Below are positions 38,021 through 49,634 of a stretch of DNA of 64,000 nt, in pieces (position 1 is the stretch's first letter; each line of letters starts with the position of its first letter). Made by a program: the position numbers and the translations under genes. Source of the stretch: Mobula hypostoma (taxonomy: Eukaryota); contig NC_086108.1 of assembly GCF_963921235.1 (NCBI RefSeq), positions 4,154,001-4,218,000 on the forward strand, written 5' to 3'. A model generated the notes under the pieces. That model did not search any database and was not told the origin of the DNA. It saw only the letters and a program-made list of their open reading frames with translations.

Positions 38021-38949
38021 GTGGTGTCTGGGCTCAGTTGATGTGCTTTCTTACAGGGATACACATCTTCCAGACGTTGCTAATCAGCTTCCAGCTTTGG
38101 CTGGGAATGGGGTAGGAAGGGAGTCTCTGTCCCTGGGGCCCCAATTCCCTTTTCAAACAAGGACATGAAGGGTAATTGGACGGTTTTCATTCCGTGGGCA
38201 GCAGCTGGTTAAATGTGTGACGAGCGTGTCTGAATATAGAGTGGGTGTGGACAGACTGAGCTCAGAATTGTGTCTCGGGTGAGGGATTCCAGGAAATGCT
38301 GTTGTTGTCGCCGTCGGCCCTGGCTGTTCTCCTATTGCGTCATGTGCAGTGCTCCAGGGAGCTGCCACGGCACTAAAGGTTTCCCAAAGGATGTGCTGGT
38401 GCATTGCGCTGTCCCAGCCCCGGATCCCAGCCTGTGGCGCTCCCTGCCATCTCGACGTTCCCCTCCCCATTAGATTTCTTTTCAATTTTGTTAAGATTCT
38501 CGCCTAGCAGCCCCCCCAATTTAACCCGAGCCTGATCACATGACCAACCGTATGGTAGGCCTTTGGAGTGTGGGAGGAAACTGGAGCACCCGGAGGAAAC
38601 CCGCGCGGTCATGGGGAGAACGTACAAACTCCTTACAGGCAGCAGTGGGAACTGAACCTGGGTCACGGGGACTGTAAAGTGTTGTGCTAACCACCACGCT
38701 ACTGTGCTGCCCCGTTTCCTAGGGAGTTGATGGTAGGTGCTTGAGTCATCACTGCTGAGCAGTTTCTACCCCACTGCCAGCGGATTTGTGAATGGTCCAT
38801 GAATACCACCTCACTACTCTTTTATTTTTTTAATAGTTAGTACAAAGGGGCATAATTTTAACGTGATTGGAGGGAGGGTGTCGAAGGTAATTTTTGTTCA
38901 CACCGAGAGTGGTGGGTGCGTGGAAGGCACTGCCGGGGTGATGGCAGAG

Positions 38950-40390
38950 GATCCAGTTGCACAAGGAGGCATTGAGGCTTATTGATCGGTTTTGAGGAGA
39001 TGATGGTATTTAATGCTGAGCTGTGGTTGATAAAGGCCATTCAGGTGTATGCACTCTCACTGTCCAGATGTTCCAGGGTTGAGTGAAGCGCCAATGCAGT
39101 CATCATCATAGCTTGTCACACCAGACAGCCAGCCACTCTAGTGTTGTTTGGTGATGTTGAGCAGGTCAGTCTCAGCTAAATCAGGTGAGAGTGGGCAGTT
39201 GCGCAGAACGTGTTCGATGTTTTGCACCCTTTCGCCACACTCACAGGATTCGCTGGTCTTTAAACCCCACTTCACCATATTATCTCCTGTCCTACAAACT
39301 CCCGCTCTCGCTCTGTTGAGAGTACACCACTTCCGTCTGTCAAGCAGTGCCTCATCTGGCAACATTTCTGTGGGGTCTTGCACTGTATTGTCTGGTGGGG
39401 TTCCGGCTTCTGTTTGTTGCCAGAGGTCAATCTTGTATGTTTGGGGGGGATGTTCCGTGCGGTAGTTCCTCCACTGTAGCAAAGCTTTTCCTCGATTTTA
39501 GGCGGTTGGAAACTGACACATAATGATGTAGTGGGTGCCGTGGATCCCAGTTCTGTTTACCTTTTTCAATTTTTGTTGTAGTGTGTTTTCGGATCTCTGA
39601 GGGACCAATGCCTGCAAGTCTGTAACTGATGTTAGTGGGTGTGGGGCGCAGTGTGCCCGTGATTATTCGGCAGGCTTCGTTAAGAAACGGGTCTATTTTC
39701 TTCGCATGGGCTGATCTGCCCCACACGGGTGTACAGTATTCTGCAGGTGCATAGCAGAGTGCTAGAGTGCCAATGAAGTCGCATCTGCTGTTGCCCTGTT
39801 GCAAGTTGGAGTGGATCTACTGTAAGTCACTTCTCAGGCAGAAGCTGATATGTTTCAGCATCAACTCCACAAAACACTTCATCACTGTGGATGTAAGCCA
39901 GGGGTTCCCAACCCTTTTTCTTGCCATGGATGTCTACCATTAACCGAGGGGTTGGTGGATCCCAGGTGGAGAACCCTGATAGACGCTACTGGACAATAGT
40001 CATTGAGGTGGGTTACCGAGCTCTTCCTAAGCAGTGGTTTCACTGAAGGTTAAAGGCCTCAGTGAACACTCCAGTCAGTCAGTCAGCGCAGGTCTTTAGT
40101 TCTCAGGCAGGTATTCCATCTGGGCCAGATGCTTTCCGTGCATTCACCCTCCTGAAGGCTGCTCACACATTGGCCTCAGAGACTGAAATCACAGGATCAC
40201 TGACGGCTGTGGGAGTTTGTGATGGTTCCTCCATGTTCTGGTGGTCAAAGCAAGAGTAGGAGGCATTGAGCTCATCTGGAAGTGAAGTCCTGCTGTCGCC
40301 TCTGTCACTTGATGAATCTTTACAAGAGCTGATGGTATTCAAGCTCTTCCCTGCTTCATTGATTCAAGTTTAGTCCCGAATTGCCACTTC
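38950..40390 (-). mobile_element. decayed Rex1/Babar-like RT fragment (host of the Vingi-like insertion and a micro-MITE)
   Basis: AFINHSSALNTIISSK (38858-39040); reverse-strand KASGPDGIP at ~40105-40135. Confidence 0.7.
39102..39766 (-). mobile_element. 5'-truncated Vingi/Ingi-like LINE
   Basis: LALCYAPAEYCTPVWGRSAHAKKID..CRIITGTLRPTP..LAGIGPSEIR and the C-terminal CECG..IEHVLRNCP knuckle; (ATG)n tail; TSD GCCAATGCAGTC (39090-39101) / GCCAATGAAGTC (39769-39780). Confidence 0.75.
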
Positions 40391-40664
40391 ACCTGTGAGA
40401 TACGTTAGGGAGATATATGATAGAAAAATGGAGGTCTATGTGGGAAGGAAGGGTTGGATTGGATTTAGAGTAGATTGTAAAGTCAGCACAACATTCTGGA
40501 CTGAAGGGCCTGTAAGGTACTGTAATGTTCGATGTTCCAATTGAAAGGAATTTGCTGTGCGTGCACTGTACTCCTGCCACACAAAAACATGAAATTTCAC
40601 GACGTGTCAGAGCTGATAAACCTGATTGTCATTGGAAATAATTTGGAAGGTGTGTAGTTTGGAC

Positions 40665-41066
40665 GGTCGATGGTTGCATTAAGTGTTCTCTAAATTTGGC
40701 AATTTACTTGCAAACGTTTCATCACTATACAAGGAGACATTGTCAGTGTGCTGTTGATTGTGGAGTGTCCCCCAAATGCTTGGCACTTATATATTTTTCA
40801 ATCAGCTGATTCGACATCATTTTGGAAACTCAGTTGTGCTGTGGGGAGGAAATGTCGTCTCTGATTGGTTGTGTGGCAAACTTCGTGCGTTGTGCTCTGG
40901 AAGTTTGCCTGCATTGGCTCATAAATAGAATTGATGTCTACATGTTTGTTTACAGAATTGTTCGTGGAAAACCACGCTTCTAAGAATTCTCTTGCATGCT
41001 GTATGTTCGCTTGCACCATGACTTCCTCTGATGCCCAGTTGAATTGGTGCCCCTCTCGATCTTCAT
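40665..41066 (-). mobile_element. second PLE lineage: GIY-YIG C-terminus with a degenerate hammerhead at ~40708-40750
   Basis: HEDREGHQFNW..QANIQHAREFLEAWFS..SVNKHVDINSIY; reverse strand reads CACTGACAATGTC...GATGAAACGTTTG. Confidence 0.7.
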
Positions 41067-41553
41067 GGGTAGAGACGAGGGGAGTTGGTCACGGGTAGAG
41101 ACGAGGGGAGCTGGTCACGGGTAGAGATGAGGGGGAGTTGGTCACGGGTAGAGACGAGGGGAGTTGGTCACGGGTAGAGACGAGGGGAGCTGGTCACAGG
41201 GAGAGACGAGGGGAGTTGGTCACGGGTAGAGACGAGGGGAGTTGGTCACGGGTAGAGACGAGGGGAGTTGGTCACGGGTAGAGACGAGGGGAGTTGGTCA
41301 CGGGTAGAGACGAGGGGAGCTGGTCACAGGTAGAGACGAGGGGAGTTGGTCACGGGTAGAGACGAGGGGGAGTTGGTCACGGGTAGAGACAAGGGGAGTT
41401 GGTCACGGGTAGAGACGAGGGGAGTTGGTCACGGGTAGAGACGAGGGGAGCTGGTCACGGGTAGAGACGAGGGGAGTTGGTCACGGGTAGAGACGAGGGG
41501 GAGTTGGTCACGGGTAGAGACGAGGGGAGTTGGTCACGGGTAGAGACAAGGGG
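41067..41553. repeat. 26-bp minisatellite, ~18-19 copies
   Basis: Unit GGGTAGAGACGAGGGGAGTTGGTCAC. Confidence 0.95.
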
Positions 41554-42264
41554 GCTTTACAGCCGGGCGATGTTCATGGACCCTCGTGGATAGATTTCTG
41601 ACACTTTGGCCCACATGATACGTCCTGCAGTGCCCATATCTACAAAATCCAATGCGGGGACTGCACCAAATATTGAACATTTTAATTTGTTCACCGGCTG
41701 AGGCAAGTCCCTGAGCAATGCTCGGCCGATGATAGAGGTCACTGTTGTCATGTTGGGGGTCCTCTAGTTCTAGACTCCCCCAATCTCAGTGGGAAAAGCC
41801 TGCTTGCATTTACCCTACCTGTACCCTTCATCATGTTATTTACCTCTATCAAACCTCCCTTCATTCAAAGTTCAAAGTACATTTATTATCAAGGTATGTA
41901 TACTATCTACAACCTTGAAATTCTTCTGCTTAGAGACTCCTACGCTCCAGGGAATGAAGTCTTAACCTATTCATTCATTCCCGATAACTCAGGTCCTCCA
42001 GACCCGGCAACATCCTTGTAAATTTTCTCTGCGCTCTTTCAACTTTCTCTATATCTTTTCTGTAGGAAGGTGACCAAAACTGCACACAATACTCCAAATT
42101 GGGCCTCAACATCCTATCTCCTGTACTCAATACTTTGATTTATGAAGGCCAATGTGCCGAAAGCTTTCGTTATGACCCCTATCTGCCTGGAATTATGGAT
42201 CTGTATTCCCAGATCCCTCTGTTCTGTGAGGCAGACAGGGTTTCACATTATCTCATCCAAATCA

Positions 42265-42580
42265 AAATCAGGTTTAATATCACCAGCATATATCATGAAA
42301 CTCGCTGCCTTTCTAGCAGCAGTACATAATAATAAAAAACTATATTACAATTTTATATTTATTTAAATAAATAGTGTAAAAAAAACCCAAAAAATCCCAG
42401 AAGAAAGGTAGTGAGGAGGTGTTCACGGGTTCCATGTCCGTTCAGAAATTGGACGGCAGAGGGGAAGAAGCTGTTCCTGAATCGTTGAGTGTGTGCCTTC
42501 AGGCTCCTGTACCTCCTCCCTGATGGTAGCATGTCCTGGGTGATGGGGGTCATTAATGTTGGGTGCCACCTTCTCACAGC
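42265..42580 (-). mobile_element. Rex1/Babar-like 3' end
   Basis: LPSGRRYRSLKAHTQRFRNSFFPSAVQFLN. Confidence 0.8.
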
Positions 42581-42884
42581 TCGTCTCACAAGGCATATGT
42601 TTCTTTGATGTCCCTTTCAGAGTGCAGGTGCATTTGGGAAGGGAGTGCACCGATAACCGTGGTGTATCTCTAAATAAATAAATGGGACCAGGTGGCTGGC
42701 AAGGTTGAGATGGGCCGAAAGGTCGTGCTTGCATGCTGTGTGTCTCTAATGGATGAATTACTTTTTCAAATAAAATCCATCTGGCGTTTGAGATCCGAAT
42801 AGTAGGGCCTGTTACCATGCTGTATCACTAAATTAATTAATAAGTAGGAATTTCTGACTCATACCATCTCCAAGCTGTTAAGTA

Positions 42885-43605
42885 GGTGGAGGGGCAGGTA
42901 GTGCTGAGTAAGCGTAGAGGCTATGGAAGGATTCAGACACATTCAGAAAGAAGTGGCAGATGGAATACAATGTTGGGAAGTTTACAGTCTTGCACTATGG
43001 TAGAAGAAATGAAAGGGTAGGCTATTTTCTAAGTGGAGAGACAATACAAAATTCTGAGGTGCAAAGGGGCTTGGGAGTCCTTGTGCGGGATTCCCGAAAG
43101 GTTAATTTGCAGGTTGAGTCGGTGGTGAGGAAGGCAAATGCAATGTTAGCACTCATTTCGAGAGGACGAGAATATAAAAGCAAGAATGTAACGTTGAGGC
43201 TTTATAAGTCACTGGTGAGGCCTCGCTTGGAGTATTGTAAACAGTTTTGGGCCCCTTATCTGAAAAAAAGGATGTGCTGGCATTGGAGAGGGTCCAGAGG
43301 AGGTTCACAAGAATGGTTCCAGGAATGAAAGGCTAAACGTATGAAGAGCATTTGATGGCTGTACTCGCTGGAGTTTTGAAGAATGAGGGGGGAATCTCAT
43401 TGAAACCTTTCAAATATTGAAAGGCTTTGATATAGTGGGTAGTGGGAGAATCTAGAACCAGAGGGCACAGCGCCATAATAGGGAGATGTCCATTTAGAAG
43501 AGACGAGGGAGATTCCTTTAGCCAGAGGGTGGTGAATCTGTGGAATTCATTGCCACAGATGGCTGTGGAGGCCAAACCGTTGGGTATATTTAAATTGGAA
43601 GTTGA
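42885..43605 (+). mobile_element. CR1 3' fragment
   Basis: ORF 42960-43328 MEYNVGKFTVLHYGRRN...LYKSLVRPRLEYC. Confidence 0.9.
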
Positions 43606-43668
43606 CGGGACAAACAACCAATGTGCAAAAGACAACAAACTGCGCAAACACAAAAGAAAAAAGAAACA

Positions 43669-44062
43669 AATTCCATAGATTCACCACCTTCTGACTAAAA
43701 AAATTTCTTCGCATTTCTGTTCTGAATGGGCGCCCTTCAATCCTTAAGTCATGCCCTCTCGTACTAGACTTCCCCATCATGGGAAACAACTTTGCCACAT
43801 CCACTCTGTCCATGCCTTTCAACATTCGAAACGTTTCTATGAGGTCTCCTCTCATTCTTCTAAACTCCAAGGAATACAGTCCAAGAGCAGACAAAAGTGC
43901 CTCATATGTTAACCCTCTCATTCCCGGAATCATTCTAGTGAACCTTCTCTGTATCCTCTCCAACATCAGCACATCCTTTCTTAAATAAGGAGACCAAAAC
44001 TGCCCACAGTACTCCAAGTGAGGTCTCACCAGCGCCTTATAGAGCCTCAACATCACATCCCT
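43669..44062 (-). mobile_element. young CR1 3' fragment with an uninterrupted frame
   Basis: MLRLYKALVRPHLEYCGQFWSPYLRKD...RGHDLRIEGRPFRTEMRRNFFSQKVVNLWN. Confidence 0.92.
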
Positions 44063-44504
44063 TTACATCACATTACGGACCGTGTCGTATGGCATGGGTG
44101 ATCATGGCCTTTCCACATCATAGCCAGGAATTGTGATATGCACCAGCTGCTCATACGACCATCCACCACCTTCGCGTGACCCTGATAGGGGGTGGGGGGG
44201 AGGCTAGGCAGGTGCTACACGGTGCCCAAGGGTGACCTGCAGACCAGCGGAGGGAAGGAGCACCTCACACCTCCTTTGGTAGAGACGTGCCTCCACCCCA
44301 CCACCCATTCTTCAGTACACGAGTTTAATGGAGAATGAAATCATTGTTCCTCCAGATCCAACACAGAGCACGGCTGAAAATGCACATGAATAGTTTGAGA
44401 ACTGCTTGTTTGTCATGCCAGATTCAGAATAATGTATCTGACGTACCACAAGAGGTGACACAGGGCGTAATGATAATGGTAATGGCATTGAAACATGTGC
44501 ATTA

Positions 44505-45021
44505 CAGACATCCCACCTCTCCTGGAAGTTCCGGGAGTCTCCCGCATATGAATAGTGGCTCCCTGATGCCTGCAAATTATGTACAATATCACAGAAATCA
44601 ATTTTTTTCAGAGTGAGCGAGCGAGAGAAAGCAAGAGAGAGAGCGCGAGAGTGACCACGAGAGAGAGAGAGAGAGAGCGCGCCATGGCAGAGTGTTCCAA
44701 AAAAATATAAAATGTACATCACCCCAGACTACACTAAAGTGTACCCCTGCCTAATAGGGGTCAAAATAATGACAGTGTTGCTCGCTGCACTGTTTGCAAC
44801 AGTGACTTTTCTATTGCCCATGGTGGGTTAAGACTGTAAAAGACATGTTGAGGTGAGTTTAACAGGTGTCATTCGTTCATTAGCATAGCTAACGTTATTT
44901 AAACTAGCTGCCTAGCTGCTCAGGAGCTACTCTATTGCAGACATCCCACCTCTCCCGGAAGTCTCCCGCAAATTGATGGTGCTACCTCCCTGAAATGAGT
45001 TTTTGCAGGGTGGGATGTCTG
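44505..45021. mobile_element. 517-bp MITE (copy 2, inverted relative to copy 1)
   Basis: Same TIRs; flanks GCATTA (44499-44504) and GCATAA (45022-45027). Confidence 0.9.
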
Positions 45022-46244
45022 GCATAACAAACATCACACCCAATGGGATTGAGGATAATAAATCAGACATGATCGATGTTGGTCAGGGCTCGACATGCAA
45101 CAAGAAACCAACGACATTCAACAATTATCACAATTATGCAAGGCAGGATCCACTGTTTGGACAATTTAAACACGGGCTCAGATAGACTGGAGAGGCAGGG
45201 TGGCGGGACCGGAGGTGAGAGTCGGGCCGATTTTGCTCGCTCTCCCGCGATGTTCACTCCTCTCTCCGTGGCACTGAGACCGTGAGACTGCTCCAGCTGC
45301 CGTGCTTGTTCTCTGCCAGCTTTGCAGCGATTTGCCCCACTAATATGATGAACTGAGACCGAGGCTTCGGCCTACTACGGGCTACTCTGGGAATTCTGAT
45401 CTGAGGATTCAATTTGGTTCAGAATGCTGTTAGTTGCTTCTATTGTTTGCATGATTTGTGGTTTTTTTTCTCTTTCTCTGCGTGTTGGGTGCTGGTCTTC
45501 ATTTTTTAAAATTGGGTTCTTTCAAGTTGCTTGCTTTGTGGCTGACTGTAAGCAGATAAATCTCAAGGTTGTATAATTTATACATACCTTGGTAATAAAT
45601 CTACTTTGAATAAAAAATTATATGTAGTGAAATACGTCATTTAAGACCGTAAGACGTAGGAGCAGAATTAGTCCATTTGGCCCATCAAATCTGCTCTGCT
45701 ATTTCATCATGGCTGTTCCATTTTCCCTCTCAACCCCATTGTCCTGCCTTCTTCCCGTTACATTTCACTGTGACTAATCACGAACCTGTCAGCCTCCACT
45801 TTAGATGTGCACAATGACCTGGCCTCCACAGCCGCCAACGTAGCACGCTCGCGACTCACTAACCCTAACCCGTACAGCTTTGGACTGTGGGAAGAAACCC
45901 AAACCCATACAGTCCCGGGGAGGGAGAATGTATAAACTCCTCACAGACAGTGGTGGGAATTGAACTCCAGCCAGTGATTGCTGGCACTTGCTAACCCAGA
46001 TCTTTCAGGTGAGACCACCCAGAACACTATTAACTGTTCTGGGTGACATATCTCTGATAGTAAGATATCCTCTCTGTTGCTCTCTCTCCCCAAAACTGCA
46101 TTTACCAGAATATTACCCAGACTCTTGAGGGTTAATTCGTGAGGAGAGAGCACACAAGCCAGGCATGTATTCCCTGGAAGTGTAGAAATGTATTTCCTGG
46201 AATTTAGAACAGATGGTTAGAGTAAAATCTTTTGGAGGGACTGT

Positions 46245-47985
46245 TTGTCTCTCTCTCTCCCTCTCTCCGTTTGTCTCTGTGTCTCTAGCTCTCTCTCTGT
46301 CTGCTCTGTCTGTCTGTCTCTGTCTCCCCCCCATCTCTCCCTTCTCTCTCTCTCCCCGTCTCTCCCCTCTCTCTCTGTCCCCCCCCTCTCTCTGTCCCCC
46401 CTCTCTCTCTGTCCCCCCCTCTCTCTGTCCCCCCTCTCTGTCTCCCCCCTCTCTCTGTCCCCCTCTCTCTCTGTCACCCCCTCTCTGTCCCCCCTCTCTC
46501 TGTCCCCTCTGTGTCCCCCTCTCTCTCTGTCCACCCTCTCTCTGTCTCCCCCCTCTCTCTGTCACCCCCTCTCTGTCCCCCCTCTCTCTGTCCCCTCTGT
46601 GACCCCCCTCTCTCTCTGTCCCCCCTCTCTCTCTGTCCCCCCTCTCTGTCCCCTCTCTCTGTCCCCTTCTCTCTGTTCGCCTCTCTGTTCCCCCTCTCTC
46701 TGTTCCCCCTCTCTCTGTCCCCCCTCTCTCAGTCCACCCTCTCTCTCTGTCCCCTCTCTCTCTGTCTCCCCTCTCTCTCTGTCTCCCCTCTCTCTCTGTC
46801 TCCCCTCTCTCTCTGTCCCCTCTCTCTCTGTCTCCCCTCTCTCTCTGTCCCCCCTCTCTCTGTCCCCCCACTCTCTCTGTCCCCCCTCTCTCTCTGTCCC
46901 CCCTCTCTCTCTGTCCCCCTCTGTCTCCTCTCTCTCTGTCCCCCTCTCTCTGTCCCCCCCTCTTTCTGTCCCCCTCTCTCTCTGTCCCCCCTCTCTCTCT
47001 GTCCCCCCTCTCTCTGTCCCCCCTCTCTCTGTCCCCCTCTCTCTGTCCTCTCTCTCTCTCTCTGTCCTCTCTCTCTCTGTCCTCTCTCTCTCTGTCCCCT
47101 TCTCTCTCTGTCCCCCCTCTCTCTGTCCCCTCTCTCTCTGTCCCCCCCTCTCTCTGTCCCCTCTGTGTCCCCCCCTCTCTCTGCCTCCCCCTCTCTCTGC
47201 CTCCCCCCTCTCTCTGTCTCCCCTCTCTCTGTCCCCCTCTCTCTCTGTCCCCTCTGTGTCCCCCCCCTCTGTCCACCCTCTCTCTGTCCCCCCTCTCTGT
47301 GCCCCTCTCTCTGTTCCCCCTCTCTCTGTTCCCCCTCTCTCAGTCCACCCTCTCTCAGTCCACCCTCTCTCTCTGTCCCCTCTCTCTCTGTCTCCCCTCT
47401 CTCTCTGTCTCCCCTCTCTCTATGTCCCCCCTCTCTCTGTCCTCTCTCTCTCTGTCCCCTTCTCTCTCTGTCCCCCCCTCTCTGTCCCCCTCTCTCTCTG
47501 TTCTCTCTCTCTGTCCCCCTCTCTCTCTGTCCCCCCTCTTTGTCCCCCTCTCTCTCCCCCCTCTCTCTCTGTCCCCCCTCTCTCTCTCCGCTCTCTCTCT
47601 CTCTGTCCCCCCTCTCTCTCTGTCCTCCTCTCTCTCTGTCCCCTCTCTCTCTGTCCCCCCTCTCTCTCTGTCCCCCCCTCTCTCTGTCCTCCCTCTCTCT
47701 CTGTCCCCCCTCTCTCTCCGCCCCCTCCTCTCTGTCCCCTCTCTCTCTCTGTCCCTTCTCTCTCTGTCCCCTCCTCTCTCTGTCTCCCTCTCTCTCTGTC
47801 CCCCCTCCCCTTCTCTCTCTCCCTCTGTCCCCCCTCTCTCTGTTCCCCCTCCCCCTCTCTCCCCTCCCCCTCTCTCTCTCCCCCTCTGTCCCCACTCTCT
47901 CCCTCCCCTCCCCCCCCTCTCTCCCTCCCCTCTCTCCCCCTCCCCCCCTCTCCCTTCCCCCTCCCTTTATCTATCTCTCTGTCTT
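46245..47985. repeat. 1.7-kb polypyrimidine low-complexity tract, (CT)nGTCCCC-type units
   Basis: Almost no A on the plus strand; variable CTCTCTCTGTCCCC units. Confidence 0.97.
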
Positions 47986-49097
47986 TTTCATGCTAGAGAT
48001 TAGGATGCATATCTTTTTTAAAAGTGGACCTTATTCCTGGAAGTTATGAATCAGAGTTGGTGATTTGGCGGATCTGTGTCATTTGCTGATGATACAGTCA
48101 TTGAGACTGATGACTGTTGTTTGTTTACCAGTGGTATGGGTGACATGATGGGGATGTCAGCTCTGATCTACAGAATATGTTCCAGGCGAAGAATGCCTCC
48201 TGCATTTAGTTTGTCTCTGTGCCCACCCTTTCATTCAAGCCCCTCGTGGCGGACAAGGCCACATTTCAAAGTCTGTGTGGGCAAAGGGGCTCTCCTGGTT
48301 TGCAGTGAGGCTTTGTGTGAGCTCGGCGGAGTGGGTGAGAGGAGGGGATGGTCGAGGATGTTCCACCCATCCACTGTTTAACTTTGTCAGGGGAGGGAAG
48401 ATGCGGAATGCCGCAAGTCTCCCAGACAGGAAGCGGGCTGTCAGCTGCGTCTGTGTGTGTGTGCGCGCCTGGGTCGGTGTGATATATGATCGTCCACAAA
48501 CATTCATTGTCAGAGGGAACTGTTTGCAGATGCAGAGTTCCTGGAATTCCCAGATCATTTTTATTGGTGCCGCTGAATTTGTGAAGTCTTTCACGTTGGG
48601 AGCTCGGTACGAGCAGGCCGTTCGTTCTACCACAGAAGCTATCGCAAACCTTATCCGTAAGATGTAGGAATCTCACGTCATTGTATATATTTAAAACTGA
48701 GGTTGGTAGGTTCCAAAGTTCAAAGTACATTTATTATCAAAGTGTATAACCTTGAGATTCATCTCTTTACAGGCAGCCAGGAAACAAGAAATCTAAAAGA
48801 CCCCATAAAAAAGGACCAACAAACACGCAATGTGTAGAGAAATTATAAGAGACATATTATGCAAACAGTAACCTTAAGCTCACAGTGTTTCTGAACTAAG
48901 TCCACAAAAGAGCATCCAAGACCCATAGTTCAGTGCAGAGCCCAGTAAACGTTGTGGAGCAGTCTGCTGAACCGGCTCGGCCCTCCCCTCAGGCCCCAGC
49001 GCTCTCACCTTTTTAACTTGACTGGGTGCCTGAATTATCGTCCAAACTCCAGGTTCAGTCACCTCGGAGCGATCTGGTGCCTGGACCCCACTGCCTC

Positions 49098-49306
49098 GAT
49101 TTGGCCCGTAACCTACCTTCCCGATTTGGCCCGTACCCTACCTTCCCGATTTGGTCCGTACCCTACCTTCCCGATTTGGTCCGTACCCTACCTTCCCGAT
49201 TTGGTCCGTACCCTACCTTCCCGATTTGGCCCGTAACCTACCTTCCCGATTTGGCCCGTACCCTACCTTCCCGATTTGGCCCGTAACCTACCTTCCCGAT
49301 TTGGCC
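49098..49306. repeat. 25-bp minisatellite, ~8 copies
   Basis: Unit GATTTGG(C/T)CCGTA(A/C)CCTACCTTCCC at 49098, 49123 ... 49298. Confidence 0.95.
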
Positions 49307-49634
49307 TGGTGCTTAAATCGATCGAGCTTCAGCTCTCAGTGAAGGGCACACCGCCTCGCCTCGCCTCGCCTCGCCTCACCTCGGTTCCACCCCAACAAAC
49401 TGCCTCCATTTTAATTAGTAAGGATGTCCAAGGTTACAAGGAAGCAGCAGGAGAGTGGGGTTGAGAGGGATAATAAATCAGCCATAATGGAATAGTAGAA
49501 CAGACTCAATGGGCTGAATGGCCTAATTCTGCTCCTATTTCTCAGTCTCCTTACAGGCAGTGACAGCATTCACTAACCACTATCATACTGTGCCAAAATC
49601 AGAATTTAAAATCTATATATTTAATTTATTGAGA

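Noticed and set aside
38390..38420. REST/RE1 site
   Set aside because: Only the GCGCTGTCC half-site is present; the second half is missing at canonical spacing.
46113..48049. Long ORFs of 387-583 aa (Ser/Leu/Pro- or Arg/Glu/Gly-rich)
   Set aside because: Stop-free only because the CT tract lacks A on one strand and T on the other.
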